Under the pieces are notes generated by a model, which did no database searches, was not told the DNA's origin, and worked only from the letters and a program-made list of their open reading frames with translations. A stretch of DNA of 63,727 nt, the filler included, from Octopus bimaculoides (Eukaryota), in assembly GCF_001194135.2 (NCBI RefSeq). It is 6 parts of 5 records of this genome, joined end to end, with 100 filler letters (N's around TTAATTAATTAA, not from the genome) between each part and the next. Parts side by side here need not be neighbours in the genome. Positions count along the whole stretch, not along the records: positions 33,134 to 42,496 come from NC_068985.1; positions 42,597 to 60,712 come from NC_068991.1; 4 more parts are not named here. One strand, given 5' to 3'. Position numbers and translations under genes: made by a program. Below are positions 35,050 through 48,559 of this stretch, piece after piece (position 1 is the stretch's first letter; the number at the start of each line of letters is the position of its first letter).

Positions 35050-37240
35050 CATCGATCGCAGTATTTGACCAGCACTTTATTTTATTAACTTTTTTCTTCA
35101 TCTTTCACATTGATCCTGTTGTCACCGGGGCATGCTATGTCGATTATTATGCATGTTCTTTCTTTTTTATTCATCACAACAATGTCCGGTTTCCGATGTC
35201 TGGTCAGGTGATTGCATTGAATCACTGCATCCCGATTTTGCAATTCTAATTGTCGGTGACTCCTTATGGGGTTTGCTGATACCACGTCTTAGCTCTTTGT
35301 GGACCGTGATTTCCACAGAGCTCCCAATCGACCATTCTTGCCACATTGTCATGTCGTCTTTTGTATTCGTATTGTGCCAATTTCGGGCATTCGCTAACGA
35401 TGTGCCATATTGTTTCACCCCTCTCACCACACATTCTGCATTTGTCGCTGTCGGTAGTGTTGTCTATTCTGCACTTCACACAGTTGTTCCTTAACGTTTG
35501 TTCTTGAGCTGCACATATGAGTCTCAATCTTCAGGTCACTCCTCCTCATCCGTAGCCACCGGTCCTCTATATCTGTCTTGGCGGACACATCTCTTGCAAT
35601 ATTACCGTATATATTTTTTCCTTCCATGCTTTTTCTGTTTTTGTGTTCATTTTTTCTTTAAATTTTTCTTTCATTAAACAATTTTCGGTTTTGATGACGC
35701 CGGCCTTCATCGCGTGTTTCAACAATGGCACCACGGAATATTTTATATATCACCCTAAACTGTTTTCCTCTGCTTCGATAAAGTCCTGGAAACTGATCAA
35801 ACCTCTCCCACCCTTTCCTCTGAACAAGTACAGCCTTTCGGTGTTACTCTTAGGGTGGAAGGCTCCGTGTACTGTCAACATTTTTCTGGTTTTGGTATCC
35901 ATTTTCATCACTTTTCTCTTTTGCTATTTTGTAATTCCTGCTCCGTACTGAAGTGATGCTATCGTCCACGTATCAATTGCTTGGATTTTATTCTCTCCAG
36001 TCAATTTTGAGCGCAAGACCAACCTTAGTCTCTGGAAATATTCCATTCTCAGTTGCTCTTTCATTTCTTTCTCCATTATCTCGTTGAACTCTAGTAAACC
36101 AAGATCTTTGTAGCCTTCCGTTTCAATTTGTTTAATCAAATCTCTATTCGGTAGTTCTATCCCTGCTAGGGACTGTACCTTTCTTCTTTTTAGGTAGACT
36201 ACTCCGCACTTCTCCAGTCCAAATTCCATTCTAATATCAGCACTAAAACAGAAGACCGTGTTCACCAAGGAACTCACTTGTGTTTCATTTTTGCCATAGA
36301 GTTTCAAATCATCCATGAAGAAGAGGCGGTTAATTGTTTGGGATTTTCCCTTTCGTTGGTATCCCAGGTTCATTTTCCTGGGTGCCAAGGTCAGGGGTGT
36401 CATGCAGAGAACAAAAAGCAACGGAGATAAGCTATCACCCTGGAAAATCCTTTTTCTCATACCCAGGGTACCCAAGCATTTTCCGTAAGATGTCAATTCA
36501 GTTTTCCATCCCACCATACTTCTCTTCAGGAGACACGTTACATTCCTCGCAATTCCAAACAGATTTAATCACTCGATGAGCCACGAATGTGGAATCATAT
36601 CATAAGTTTTGCGATAGCCAATCCAGGTTATTCTCAAATGTGTTCTCTCTTTCGATTACAATCTTGCATTACTATGTAATTGATCTTTGATACCTCTGCA
36701 TCTCCTTCTACAGCCTTTTTGTTCCGTCGGTAATATATCGTTCTCATCACGAAATCTGTACAGTTCTTCTGCAGTTTCTCCTGTCAGCAACTTCCACATT
36801 AACGGGAGGCAAGAAATTGGTCAGTAACTGTCAGCAGCATTTCCCTTTGGTGCATCCTCCAGACACAACACCGTCCGTCCTTTTGTCAACCAGCCCGGGA
36901 TTTCTTCTCCATTGATCAAGGCATTAAATTGCTCTGCGATCAATTTATGGCACCTACTGAACTTTTTTTATCCGAAATCCCTGTACACCATCAGGTCCTG
37001 CTGATTTCCAATTGCTTATCTTTTTACTCATATTTCTGATACTGTTCTTTGCTGGGGAGAAGAAGCTGTTTGCTTCAGGCTGCAGAGTCATTCAGCTGTA
37101 ATATTATGCTGTTCTTGCTTACTCTATATCTTACCCCAGAAAAGTCAACTTTCATCAGCATCAGAGAATAATCTTTCACCTTTTTTTTTATCATCATTAA
37201 TCTTTTGATAAAATCGTTTTTTGTCGGTTCTAAACAATTT
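35050..37240 (-). mobile_element. R4/Dong-like LINE: RT, CCHC and RLE, frameshifted
   Basis: NWKSAGPDGVQG (about 37000), PGWLTKGRTVLC...[14 protein letters not shown] (about 36800), IFQGDSLSPLLF and FFMDDLKLYGK (35924-36517), CRMCGERGETIWHIVSEC plus RRHD (35264-35527), RKPDIVV...IIDIACPGD (35085-35285). 5' junction lies at (TAA)n, 37249-37341. Confidence 0.92.
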
Positions 37241-37246
37241 GTCTTC

Positions 37247-37317
<71 letters not shown>

Positions 37318-38247
37318 CATTATTATCATTATTATTATTATTCGATATTGAGTTCGCTGTTCAGACATATTTCTTCAAATCAGTTCTCGATATCCTGGAT
37401 TCTAGCAAGCTTACGTGGCACGAAAAGAAGAGTTTTTCAAATTGACTTCATACAGATATTTTCTATTGGACTATCTATGTGAATCCTTTAAGAATTCGGC
37501 TATTATTATATAAGTGTTGTAATACGGAAGCTTTATAGAAAGAGTTATTTACATAAAATAGGATGGTGATAAAAGATCATAACAGCCTCAAAAAATAGAA
37601 ACCGCAAGTTTAATTCGGTCAATGTCCCGATAAGTCTTAATGTGAGAACAAGTACCGTTTTTTAAAAATTTACTAAGTAACTATTTTCCGAGATAACAAA
37701 TATTATATAATATTTAATAAAAATAATATTTAAACTTTAGCTGTAAATATAACTTCACCAAACAATAAAGGCATATTTTATGTGCCTGCACACATACACG
37801 CATGCACTCAGCCATCCACGTATATGTAATTGCTTTAATTCAATAAATTACGCATTACATAATTCATGTACTTCAAAATGATTGTATTATGTAAAGTACT
37901 AACCACTGATAATTCTGTTTCGAAAGACTATATTGGCTTGACTGTGAATCCTTTTAAGTTAAGATTTAGACAACATCGATATTGATTCAGAAAATCCAAA
38001 AGACTCTGAGAAACAAGTTTGTCAATGTCAACCTAACTTTTAAGAAATAATACAATAGACTATATAATTATTTGGAAGATACGGAAGAATGAGAAACTTT
38101 TAACAGGGTAATGACAGTTGTAGTCTTTACTTTGTAATTCTATTTTAAATACTAATTCAGAACACATATGGTTTGTCGGCAGACATCGAGATTTTTGCTG
38201 CGATATTCAAAGCATTAGAATGAATCACAGACAGTCTTAGAATAATG

Positions 38248-38450
38248 GTTTCCAATTTTGGCACAAGGCCAGCAATGTGGGGAGAGGGAGTAAGTTGATT
38301 TCTTCGACCCCAGTGTTCGAATGCTACTTATTTTAACGACCCCGAAAAGATGAAAGACAAAGTCGGCCTTGGCGGCATTTGAACTCACAACGTAAATACG
38401 CTAAGCATTTAGCCCAGCGCCGTAACGATTCTGCCTTCTCACTGCCTTAG
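38248..38450 (-). mobile_element. SINE family B
   Basis: ttttggcacaaggccagcaatgtggggagaggg...gaccccgaaaagatgaaagacaaagtcggcc...tttgaactcac. Confidence 0.85.
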
Positions 38451-39004
38451 ACAGCCTTGTAGTAATATTTCTCTAGTTATCGAACATAGGACACTTAAAA
38501 AAAACCCAAACAACTCCAAAGAAATCAACGATATAAATTGGAATTCTTTGTGGAGTTATTCTAAAACGCTTGGTTAATGACCTTTGGGCTACTTTCTAAA
38601 ATACTGTTGCACTGTTTGAGCATTAGGCAGCTTCCTAAAAATATCAAGTCAAGTATAAGCAAAGTTATTATATTCAAAAACCTTTGATCGTAACAAATCT
38701 GAATTTTCTGTTGAGCTATTTTAAAAATGATGGCGGATGGACTTTGGTTTATTTAGTTTAATAGTGTTTCTCAAATTGATCTTCGGATCTTCGTAACGGT
38801 ATGTCTTTAGATATCGGACATATACTATTAAGCAAAAAATTTTATCGTCGAAAATTATTTTTACTTTCACAATACCGAATTTACTATTCAATTATTTATT
38901 TCAAGGCGACTATTGGATGAAATCTGGACTTTCCTCTTTGGTACTATTGCGTGGAACTTCATTGTTCACACGCACATTTAAAGAATTTTAATTTCCTTTA
39001 TTAA

Positions 39005-39560
39005 AAACTAGCTGAATAGCCCGTCGTTGCCGGGCAACTTTTACAATAAAATGCCTTGTATAAATTTTTGTTTATTTCATGTCAGGCCATGCCTTCCCCG
39101 ACAGATAGGACTCTTGATTAGGACCAATTTGACGTTTCCCATGACTTTATTCATTAAAACTTATTAAAACTTCCGACGTTCTTCCAACTTTGGTCGTCGT
39201 AATGGTTAGCTTACGTTTGTTTAATAAAAATTCCTTCTCGCAGTGATTTTGCTTTCATTTCGTGATAGGCAGCTATCATGCAGAAAATGCCACTCCAAAT
39301 CCTGTTTTCTGATTAGGTAAAATTAATTAAACGTTAAACCACAGTAACATTTTTCTGCAATTTTTCTGGAAAAAAAAAATAACAAAATCAGATTTAATGT
39401 GAAAGATTATTTCAATATACCAACTTTGAAAATTTTGCCACTCCATATTTGTCACTTACACAACGTTGTTCTCTCCTTGCCTGATATCAGTCACATTCAC
39501 TATGCTACAACATTTCCCTCGCACTAAGACTGTTTTCACCCTTATCTTATCATATAATAG
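39005..39560 (+). mobile_element. Possible non-autonomous Helitron-like element
   Basis: Begins actagctgaatagcccgtcgttgccgggc, resembling CTAG...CCCG..CGGG mini-Helitron starts. The 3' end is unclear. Confidence 0.3.
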
Positions 39561-39624
39561 CTAACCCTTCTAGTGGGACCCATTATAGATTTTTATTGAA
39601 ATCCAATTAGACGATAATTGAACC

Positions 39625-39831
39625 TCAAATGTGACACGACAAGCACTTGACTGGAACCCGCAGGGGAAAAGGAAGCAAGGATGCCCGAAGCAGACATGGA
39701 AGCGGAGCATTTTGGACGAGCTCAGGACCACAGGCCTGACATGGGAAGCAGCCAAGAAACACGCCAATGACCGCAAAAAGCAGAAAATAACTGTTGAGGC
39801 CCTATGCTCCACAAGGGGCAAAAAGTATTAA
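39625..39831 (+). mobile_element. RTE-type LINE ORF C-terminus fragment
   Basis: TRQALDWNPQGKRKQGCPKQTWKRS...GLTWEAAKKHANDR...VEALCS. Confidence 0.85.
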
Positions 39832-40228
39832 GGGAGTGTTTATAATGGTAGTGCCAGTGATAGTGGTGGTGTGGTAGTGGGGATGTATCTTTGATGAAGG
39901 TATTGATAATACTAGTGTAGTTGCTACTGGGGTTGGTGTTTGTGTATGCTCAAAAGCATTTATTCACATCTCCCAGTTTTTGCCGAAATGTTTTTGCTTC
40001 TTTTGGGATTAAAATCTCAAACGAAAAGTGAGGTTTGATGTGAAATGGTGGCATCTGCACTCACCATAAAGACCCAGAACACACTAAGGCACTTCTTCCA
40101 ATGCTCTTAATGATTTCGTCACACCGCTACACTTATTCTTAAATATACTATGCAAGTAAAAAGTTGGGGTGGTCACAGTTTGAATGCATTTGATCATAGG
40201 TCTGCTAGATGAGAGCTGACCGCGGGCA

Positions 40229-40272
<44 letters not shown>

Positions 40273-40635
40273 GCAACAACAACAATAATAATATTAAGAT
40301 GAATAGGAACAAAAATGATTGGCATTTAATCTATGACGCTGGAAATACGGAAAGCGAAGTCGACCTCAGTGTGGTTTTAAAAATATATATATTTTTTCCT
40401 AGTGATAGCGAATACTTCACATACCAGTACTATATATTACAAAGACTAGCTTTCTTCTGTAAAGGAAGAAAACGCATCATCTCCGAACAGCAGCTAATTG
40501 TTTCTGGAGCATATATACATCCTACATCTGAGATAGTGCGTCTGTGACGCGCGGGCGCGGGCGTGTCCATTCGCATTCACTCACACATGCAGATAGATAC
40601 ATCAGCATACGTATGAAAACATGCCTTGCACACAT

Positions 40636-40671
<36 letters not shown>

Positions 40672-40706
40672 GCACACACATATATATGTAACTCTCTCAT
40701 TCTTTC

Positions 40707-40791
<85 letters not shown>

Positions 40792-41361
40792 GTGTGTGTG
40801 TGGATGTATGTATATTACAAAACACAACACAAGATTATACTTATCAACTTCAACACTCTGACCCACTGTGTCTATTTAACTACTTATCTACCTATACATA
40901 TTCTATATCTGTTTATGTTTCTTATTTGCACATGTACATGCACGAATATGTACATATACATGTGAATATAGATATAAATACACATATTCATACTCACATA
41001 TATTACATATATGTGTATGTATATACACGTATATACACACAGATACATACTTTATATGGTTATATACAGATATTAACGTACATGTACACACAGGCACGCA
41101 CGTACACGCATACATACGCATACACACAACACATACACAGATGCACACATTCGAGCAGCGTGGTGTACAATGAACCATCGTGAAGACACTACATCACACT
41201 AATATGAATGAGCCTTACAATGACTTACACACACACACACACGCACGCATTGCATACACATACACACGCACGCATGCATGCACACGCACACACACTAGCT
41301 CACACCCTCACGTAAAACATATGTAGCGTATGCGTTCACAATTCATCCCCAGTGATCTGAA

Positions 41362-41580
41362 TCTTATTTCTTTGTTGACCACAAGGGGCTAAACATAGAG
41401 GGGACAAACAAGGAAAGACAAAGGGATTAAGTCGATTACATCGACCCCAGTGCGTAACTGGTACTCAATTTATCGACCCCGAAAGGACGAAAGGCAACGT
41501 TGACCTCGGCGGAATTTGAAATCAGAACATAACGGCAGACGAAATACTATATAGCATTTCGCCCCAGCTCGCCGCCTTGT
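41362..41580 (-). mobile_element. SINE family B
   Basis: Matches 19090-19322. Confidence 0.9.
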
Positions 41581-41772
41581 AAATGTGATCCGAATCTTGT
41601 TGATGTATCATCCAGTTCTGTGAAACGGGACCGGATGGTACTCTGTAGGGCCTTTCGATTCTACATTCTACATAATTATGTATAGTCTTATTCCATCTTG
41701 AATTATGGTAATATAGCGTACACCATTTCATATTCACACAAACACTCAAACACACACACGTACACACACACA

Positions 41773-42042
41773 GGCGAATGTATGGCTGTGTGGTAAGAAG
41801 CTCGCTTCCCGACCACATGGTTTCGGGTTCAGTCCCACTGCGTGACACCTTGAGCAAGTGTTCTCTATTATAGCCTCAGGTCGACCAAAGCCTTGTGAGA
41901 GAAAATGGTAGACGGAAACTGAAAGAAGCCCGTGGTAATATATATGTGTGTATGTGTGTTTGTGTCAGTGTGTGTTTGTCCCCATTATTGCTTGACAACA
42001 GGTGTTGGTGTGTTTACATCCTCATAACTTAACGGTTCGGCA
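41773..42042 (+). mobile_element. SINE family A, 3'-truncated
   Basis: ggctgtgtggtaagaagctcgcttcccgaccacatggtttcgggttcagtcccactgcg. Confidence 0.9.
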
Positions 42043-42456
42043 GGGTTTTATGCAGCTGAATTCCAAGAGATTCGATAAGGTTTATATAAACCATAAAATG
42101 TCATGAGGAATGACAGGTGGATATATATGTTTAATTATTTGATATTCTTAGTATTACAACCGCTTTGCAGCCTTGATAATGAAGTAATAATTTAGTGTAT
42201 GATAAATTATTTTACATGTCTGGACCAATATGAACACTACGCATTATACAATACAATTGTACATTTAAAAATACATGTAGATAAAGAAGGCTAGCTCAGA
42301 TCACGAGAAGATCATGGGTGCATCATGCATATTAGTACAGGCATGTAAAATAATTTATTGTACACTATCTTATTATAGCAGGATGTAGGCTGTAAGCTTA
42401 GGGAAAGCAAGTGGTTAAATAAATATAATCACCTCTCATACCTCCTTACTTTCTAT

Positions 42457-42496
<40 letters not shown>

Positions 42497-42632
42497 NNNN
42501 NNNNNNNNNNNNNNNNNNNNNNNNNNNNNNNNNNNNNNNNTTAATTAATTAANNNNNNNNNNNNNNNNNNNNNNNNNNNNNNNNNNNNNNNNNNNNGTTA
42601 CTGTTAATACTTCATTTAGAGAATTAACATTG

Positions 42633-42673
<41 letters not shown>

Positions 42674-43492
42674 GAAAACCAAGAGTATAGTGGAGATTTA
42701 TTCGCATCCAAGTTTTTCTTTTTAAAATGTTCTCTACACCTTATATAACAATAACCAACGTATGTTTCTGTTGCAGCAACTGCACATTGCTCTGTGTGTA
42801 ACCATGCACATCTCAGTCGCTGAAATTTCATCAAAGGTCAATCAAGACGTTTTTAAAGTGAACTAATTCAAACAAATTTGCCGCCTTGCTATTCAGTTGA
42901 AGGTAATAGCTTTTTTCTTTTAAATCGAACTAAATTCTGGTCTTATAATCGTCTCTACTGGTATTAAAGTTGCATCGTGGTTTTAAAATGCTTATTTATA
43001 TTACGCTTCATTTTAGCAATTTTGTTTACATTTTACTGTATGGAGTACATTATTTATTCAGAGGTATTTCACTTATTTTGGGTTTATACCCTCAATTAAT
43101 ATTATTGTTATTAGTATTATAATTATATTTATTAGTATTGTTTGTATAAATATTATTAGTAACCAGAACCATTATTTTAACTAGTATAATTACAATACAT
43201 GGTAAGTTACGTTTATTTAAATCTTTTAAACGTATATTTTGTCCAGTGTGGACATCTCATAACCTGTTAATTGTTAATCTTGGGAATAGTCATATTTTGC
43301 CAATTAAACACGCATATTTGGCCTTCACTTATTATTATTGTTGTTGTTGCTGTTGTTAGTATTAGTTTATTTCTCAGAATTCTTTCGTCACATATTCTGT
43401 GACCTCTTCAACGACCTTCTATTCCACGTATCTCCTCTTGTTCTGCCAATTCCATTTTATGTTTCTGTGGCATGTATCCGTATCTGCGCAAG

Positions 43493-43554
<62 letters not shown>

Positions 43555-43909
43555 TGTGTGTTTTGTGTGCGTACATACTGGGTGTGCGAATTACACTATT
43601 TGTACTCATGTATTTTATTTATCTATTGTCTTCTTTTTTATTTTGCCTTTAGTATGTGTATGAGTGTCTAGTGTGTGTGAGTATGTGTGTGTATTACTCC
43701 GTATTTGTGTCCTTTTTTTCATCTCATTCTGTCTTTATTCGTGTGGTTGCGTAGTGTGTAGGAGTGGGGAGTGTTAGTATTCCATTCATGTATTCTGTTG
43801 AGGCTCGGTCTATTTACTACTATGTGTGTGGTCTCCGTAATCTGTCTGAGGGTCGTGTATGTTCTATATGCCGATAATATCTTAATATATATCGGTAATT
43901 ATATCATTG

Positions 43910-43958
<49 letters not shown>

Positions 43959-43959
<1 letters not shown>

Positions 43960-44583
43960 CATTTCTTTTATTAGCCACACAGGGCTCAACAAAGATGGGA
44001 CGAATACAATGTAGAGCTTTTCTTTTTGGGAGGGGGAAGGAAGAAAAAAAAAGTAGGGGNNNNNNNNNNNNNNNNNNNNNNNNNNNNNNNNNNNNNNNNN
44101 NNNNNNNNNNNNNNNNNNNNNNNNNNNNNNNNNNNNNNNNNNNNNNNNNNNNNNNNNNNNNNNNNNNNNNNNNNNNNNNNNNNNNNNNNNNNNNNNNNNN
44201 NNNNNNNNNNNNNNNNNNNNNNNNNNNNNNNNNNNNNNNNNNNNNNNNNNNNNNNNNNNNNNNNNNNNNNNNNNNNNNNNNNNNNNNNNNNNNNNNNNNN
44301 NNNNNNNNNNNNNNNNNNNNNNNNNNNNNNNNNNNNNNNNNNNNNNNNNNNNNNNNNNNNNNNNNNNNNNNNNNNNNNNNNNNNNNNNNNNNNNNNNNNN
44401 NNNTTTGGTTTAGCCGTGGAAAGAAAAGCCTACGGAAAAGACCACGGTAACCCTGGTCAATATTGTCATTGTTATTGAAGATACTATAACAGTAAGTGAC
44501 TCTCTTTTGCCTTTTCGTTTTTTTCTGGATTTTTAACTCCTTTATAGGGTTATGGGAGTTAAAAATCCAGAAAAGAAAAAAAA
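43959..44583 (-). mobile_element. Tx1/L1-like 3' UTR fragment embedded in (GATA)n, with internal gap
   Basis: The 3' terminus aaagaaaagctctac-ttgta-...-agccctgtgtggct-ataaaa matches the 3' end of the 53263-54192 element. (GATA)n lies on both flanks. Confidence 0.7.
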
Positions 44584-44586
44584 GAT

Positions 44587-44643
<57 letters not shown>

Positions 44644-44654
44644 TATTATTTTTA

Positions 44655-44813
44655 CAAGGTACAGTATGGTGGTGACTCCGAAGGCTCACGACCCGTTCAC
44701 AATGGGGCTGTTGTGATCTCGGTAACTTATAATGCATGGAAACCGGGAAACCGACCCTGCGAGTCCTAGGACTCGAGGCGTTAACGTCAAGTGGTTGATG
44801 ATGATGATGATGA

Positions 44814-44864
<51 letters not shown>

Positions 44865-44880
44865 TGATGATGACGATTAT
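44655..44880 (+). mobile_element. SINE/RTE-type 3' tail ending in (GAT)n(GAC)n
   Basis: gaaaccgggaaaccgaccc...ttaacgtcaagtggttgatgatgatg. Confidence 0.45.
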
Positions 44881-45159
44881 GATATATCTGATATATTGGT
44901 CCGTAAGAGATGAAAGGTAAACATACGAGCAACCACACACACTGTTTAACTCAGTACACGCACACCTTCATGCACACTCTCACACCCACACACATTGTTT
45001 AACTCACTATACACACCACACACCCTCATGCACTCTCCCACACCCATACAAGCACCTAATACCTGAACACAGACAATACATATACACGTACGCAACACGC
45101 ATGGACAAAAATCAAATTTCGCCCACAAACATACACTATACACATACACACTATTTGGT

Positions 45160-45190
<31 letters not shown>

Positions 45191-45332
45191 CAGACTCACT
45201 CGCCCCAGTTCACACATACACACTTGCACACANNNNNNNNNNNNNNNNNNNNNNNNNNNNNNNNNNNNNNNNNNNNNNNNNNNNNNNNNNNNNNNNNNNN
45301 NNNNNNNNNNNNNNNNNNNNNNNNNNNNNNNN

Positions 45333-45370
<38 letters not shown>

Positions 45371-45380
45371 ATATATATAT

Positions 45381-46165
45381 AGTTTCAGAAGCACTCGTTT
45401 AAGTTGCTGAAAAATGAAAATAGCATTGACATCTCATTTTACAGATATATTTACCAAAATTACAAAAGAATATCTTGAAATACTAAAGAGTAAATTTATT
45501 CAATAAAATCTCTATTTGCTTCAACCACGGCCTCCAGACGACTTCGGAATCTCCTGCAACTCTTCTGGACGGTCTCCTTTAAGTTGGTGAATGTTGCCAT
45601 AATCCTTACCTTCAGTTTATCTTTAATGTTACAAGGACTTTTGTTGGTCTCTCGCTCAGCTGCGGGGTGCAGTCTGGGGAGTTAGGTGGCCAGATGTTAG
45701 GGGTGATGTGGTCGCCTAAATTGTCTGACAGCCATGACTGGGTTCTCCTGCTTGTGTGGCATGGTGCAGAGTCCTATTGCCAGACATAGCATGTTCCAGC
45801 AGTCACCCTCTTCATCCAGGGCAGTACTACCTCCCTCCAGGCACTTGATGTAGGCTTCCATGTTGATTCTGAGGCCGTGTGGGATGATGAATGGAGACAT
45901 AACATCGCCATCACTAGTGATCACTCCAAACACCATGATGTTGACTGGATGTCTGATTTTTATCACTCTCAGTACATGCACCGTTTTCAGATTGACACTC
46001 AACCACTCTGAAATATTCATATTGGAGCTTCCGGCGCGAATGCCAAGCAATACAGCACGTCGTTTCCAAATTTCTAGCAGAGTGAATTGCGTCATGGTAC
46101 TGTTTTTCTCACAGACGGTTTTTCGGTTATTTTCTTTTTCGCTGATCTTTTGCCATGTATGCATA
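45381..46165 (-). mobile_element. Mariner (DD37D/maT-like), internally deleted
   Basis: MTQFTLLEIWKRRAVLLGIRAG..., IRHPVNIMVFGVITSDGDVM.PF...HGLR.N.EAYIKCLE, HITPNIWPPNSPDC and RFRSRLEAVVEAN. Confidence 0.9.
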
Positions 46166-46268
46166 ACCTAGATTCAAGGCTCCTTCATTGGAACTTCAAC
46201 ATCAACAACAGGGTATTTTTGTTTCTATGTATATATACACATGCATATATATATATATATACACATGC

Positions 46269-46310
<42 letters not shown>

Positions 46311-46420
46311 TGAACATTCTGACCTGCCAAATTGTCATATTGCTTAACTATATGTATGAATAACTGTATATGTGTGTGTATGTACGTACGTATGTATGTA
46401 TGTATACAAACATATACATG

Positions 46421-46455
<35 letters not shown>

Positions 46456-46465
46456 NNNNNNNNNN

Positions 46466-46499
<34 letters not shown>

Positions 46500-46911
46500 G
46501 TGAAACGGGGTTATTTTGAACAGTTTTAGACCGCTTATTGCAATAATTTCATAACCTTTTTTTCAATCTTAGCTAAATTTGACTATGTTAAGTGGACTAA
46601 ATAGGTAAATTGATAGATGAAATAAAATGGTGGACTAAATAGTTAAACTGATATATGAAATAAAAATAAGTTGCAATTATTATTTGAATAATTTTTATAT
46701 AATTGTAGCTGTTCAAAGTAAGGCCTGATTTTGGGTTACTTTGAACAGTAATATTACTCTTATGCGGTACAACATTGAACAAAGATAAGAGTTATAAAAA
46801 AGATTTTTTTTTATTAACAAGTACAAAAGAAAAGTCAATGAAAAGCTTTACGTGCTATAGCACTAAAGAAAATGTCACACAGTTATCAGTAAGTCACATT
46901 CTATATTCCCT

Positions 46912-47145
46912 ATTCTTATTTCTTTATTGCCCACAAGGGGCTAAACATAGAGGGAACAAACAAGGACAGACAAAGGGATTAAGTCGATTACATCGACCCC
47001 ACTGCGTAACTGGTACTTAATTTATCGACCACGAAAGGATGAAACGCAAAGTCAACCTCGGCGGAATTTGAACTCAGAACGTAGCGGCAGACGAAATACC
47101 GCAAAGCATTTCACCCGGTGTGCTAACGTTTCTGCCAGCTCGCCT
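46912..47145 (-). mobile_element. SINE family B
   Basis: Matches 19090-19322. Confidence 0.9.
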
Positions 47146-47652
47146 ATTCTTGTTCAAGGTCAGGGAATCAATAGAAACCCCTGTTGTTCAGTGGAATCTC
47201 TTTTGTTTTCATTNNNNNNNNNNNNNNNNNNNNNNNNNNNNNNNNNNNNNNNNNNNNNNNNNNNNNNNNNNNNNNNNNNNNNNNNNNNNNNNNNNNNNNN
47301 NNNNNNNNNNNNNNNNNNNNNNNNNNNNNNNNNNNNNNNNNNNNNNNNNNNNNNNNNNNNNNNNNNNNNNNNNNNNNNNNNNNNNNNNNNNNNNNNNNNN
47401 NNNNNNNNNNNNNNNNNNNNNNNNNNNNNNNNNNNNNNNNNNNNNNNNNNNNNNNNNNNNNNNNNNNNNNNNNNNNNNNNNNNNNNNNNNNNNNNNNNNN
47501 NNNNNNNNNNNNNNNNNNNNNNNNNNNNNNNNNNNNNNNNNNNNNNNNNNNNNNNNNNNNNNNNNNNNNNNNNNNNNNNNNNNNNNNNNNNNNNNNNNNN
47601 NNNNNNNNNNNNNNNNNNNNNNNNNNNNNNNNNNNNNNNNNNNNNNNNNNNN

Positions 47653-47919
47653 ATATGAATATTTCAGAGTGGTTGAGTGTCAATCTGAAAACGGTGCATG
47701 TACTGAGAGTGATAAAAATCAGACATCCAGTCAACATCATGGTGTTTGGAGTGATCACTAGTGATGGCGATGTTATGTCTCCATTCATCATCCCACACGG
47801 CCTCAGAATCAACATGGAAGCCTACATCAAGTGCCTGGAGGGAGGTAGTACTGCCCTGGATGAAGAGGGTGACTGCTGGAACATGCTATGTCTGGCAATA
47901 GGACTCTGCACCATGCCAC
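47653..47919 (+). mobile_element. Mariner segment, an inverted and apparently identical copy of 45756-46022
   Basis: Identical translations in the ORF track and the same internal deletion junction (acggtgcatg|tactgagagtg). Confidence 0.9.
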
Positions 47920-48559
47920 TCCTCTCATTGACTTTAGCATTCCCAACACAACATCCAAAACTCTTACATTGATGACTTCATCGTCATCTTGGCATAGGCG
48001 TGATACTAATTGGGATTTGTTTCGCTTTAAAAATGAATTAGGCTATTCAGCTATAGGAAAATTGTTTTTAAATTACGTTAATGTGCGACCTTGAGCTGTG
48101 ATATAATTATGGGCAAGCAGTCTCAAATCCATAGCATCAAATGGAAACCCCCATTCTGCAACAGCTGTAATGTGAGCAGCAAACGCTGCTTCTTTTTCAC
48201 TGAACACTGAAAGATGATCAGGTTACCTGCTATGCTTATTGTTCAATCTATGACTCAGAGTTCCAACTGGAATTTAATAAACATTGGCTTTTCGAAGGGT
48301 AATTTTCTTTGCTTTAATATCCGTCACTGCTTTATCCAGATTCTTTTGGCTATGGGATTTATAGCTTCGAGAGACAGGTTTTCTATTATAAATTCTTGTC
48401 ATAACTATTTGGTTAATGCTAATCTCGATCCAAACTACTAGTTGATCCTTTAAAAAAAAACAGAATATGGTTTAAAGAATTAGACTTTGCAACAGAAATA
48501 AAAACTGATTCTGGTTATCAAGCCATAATAAAAAAAAATGATATATATATATATATATG

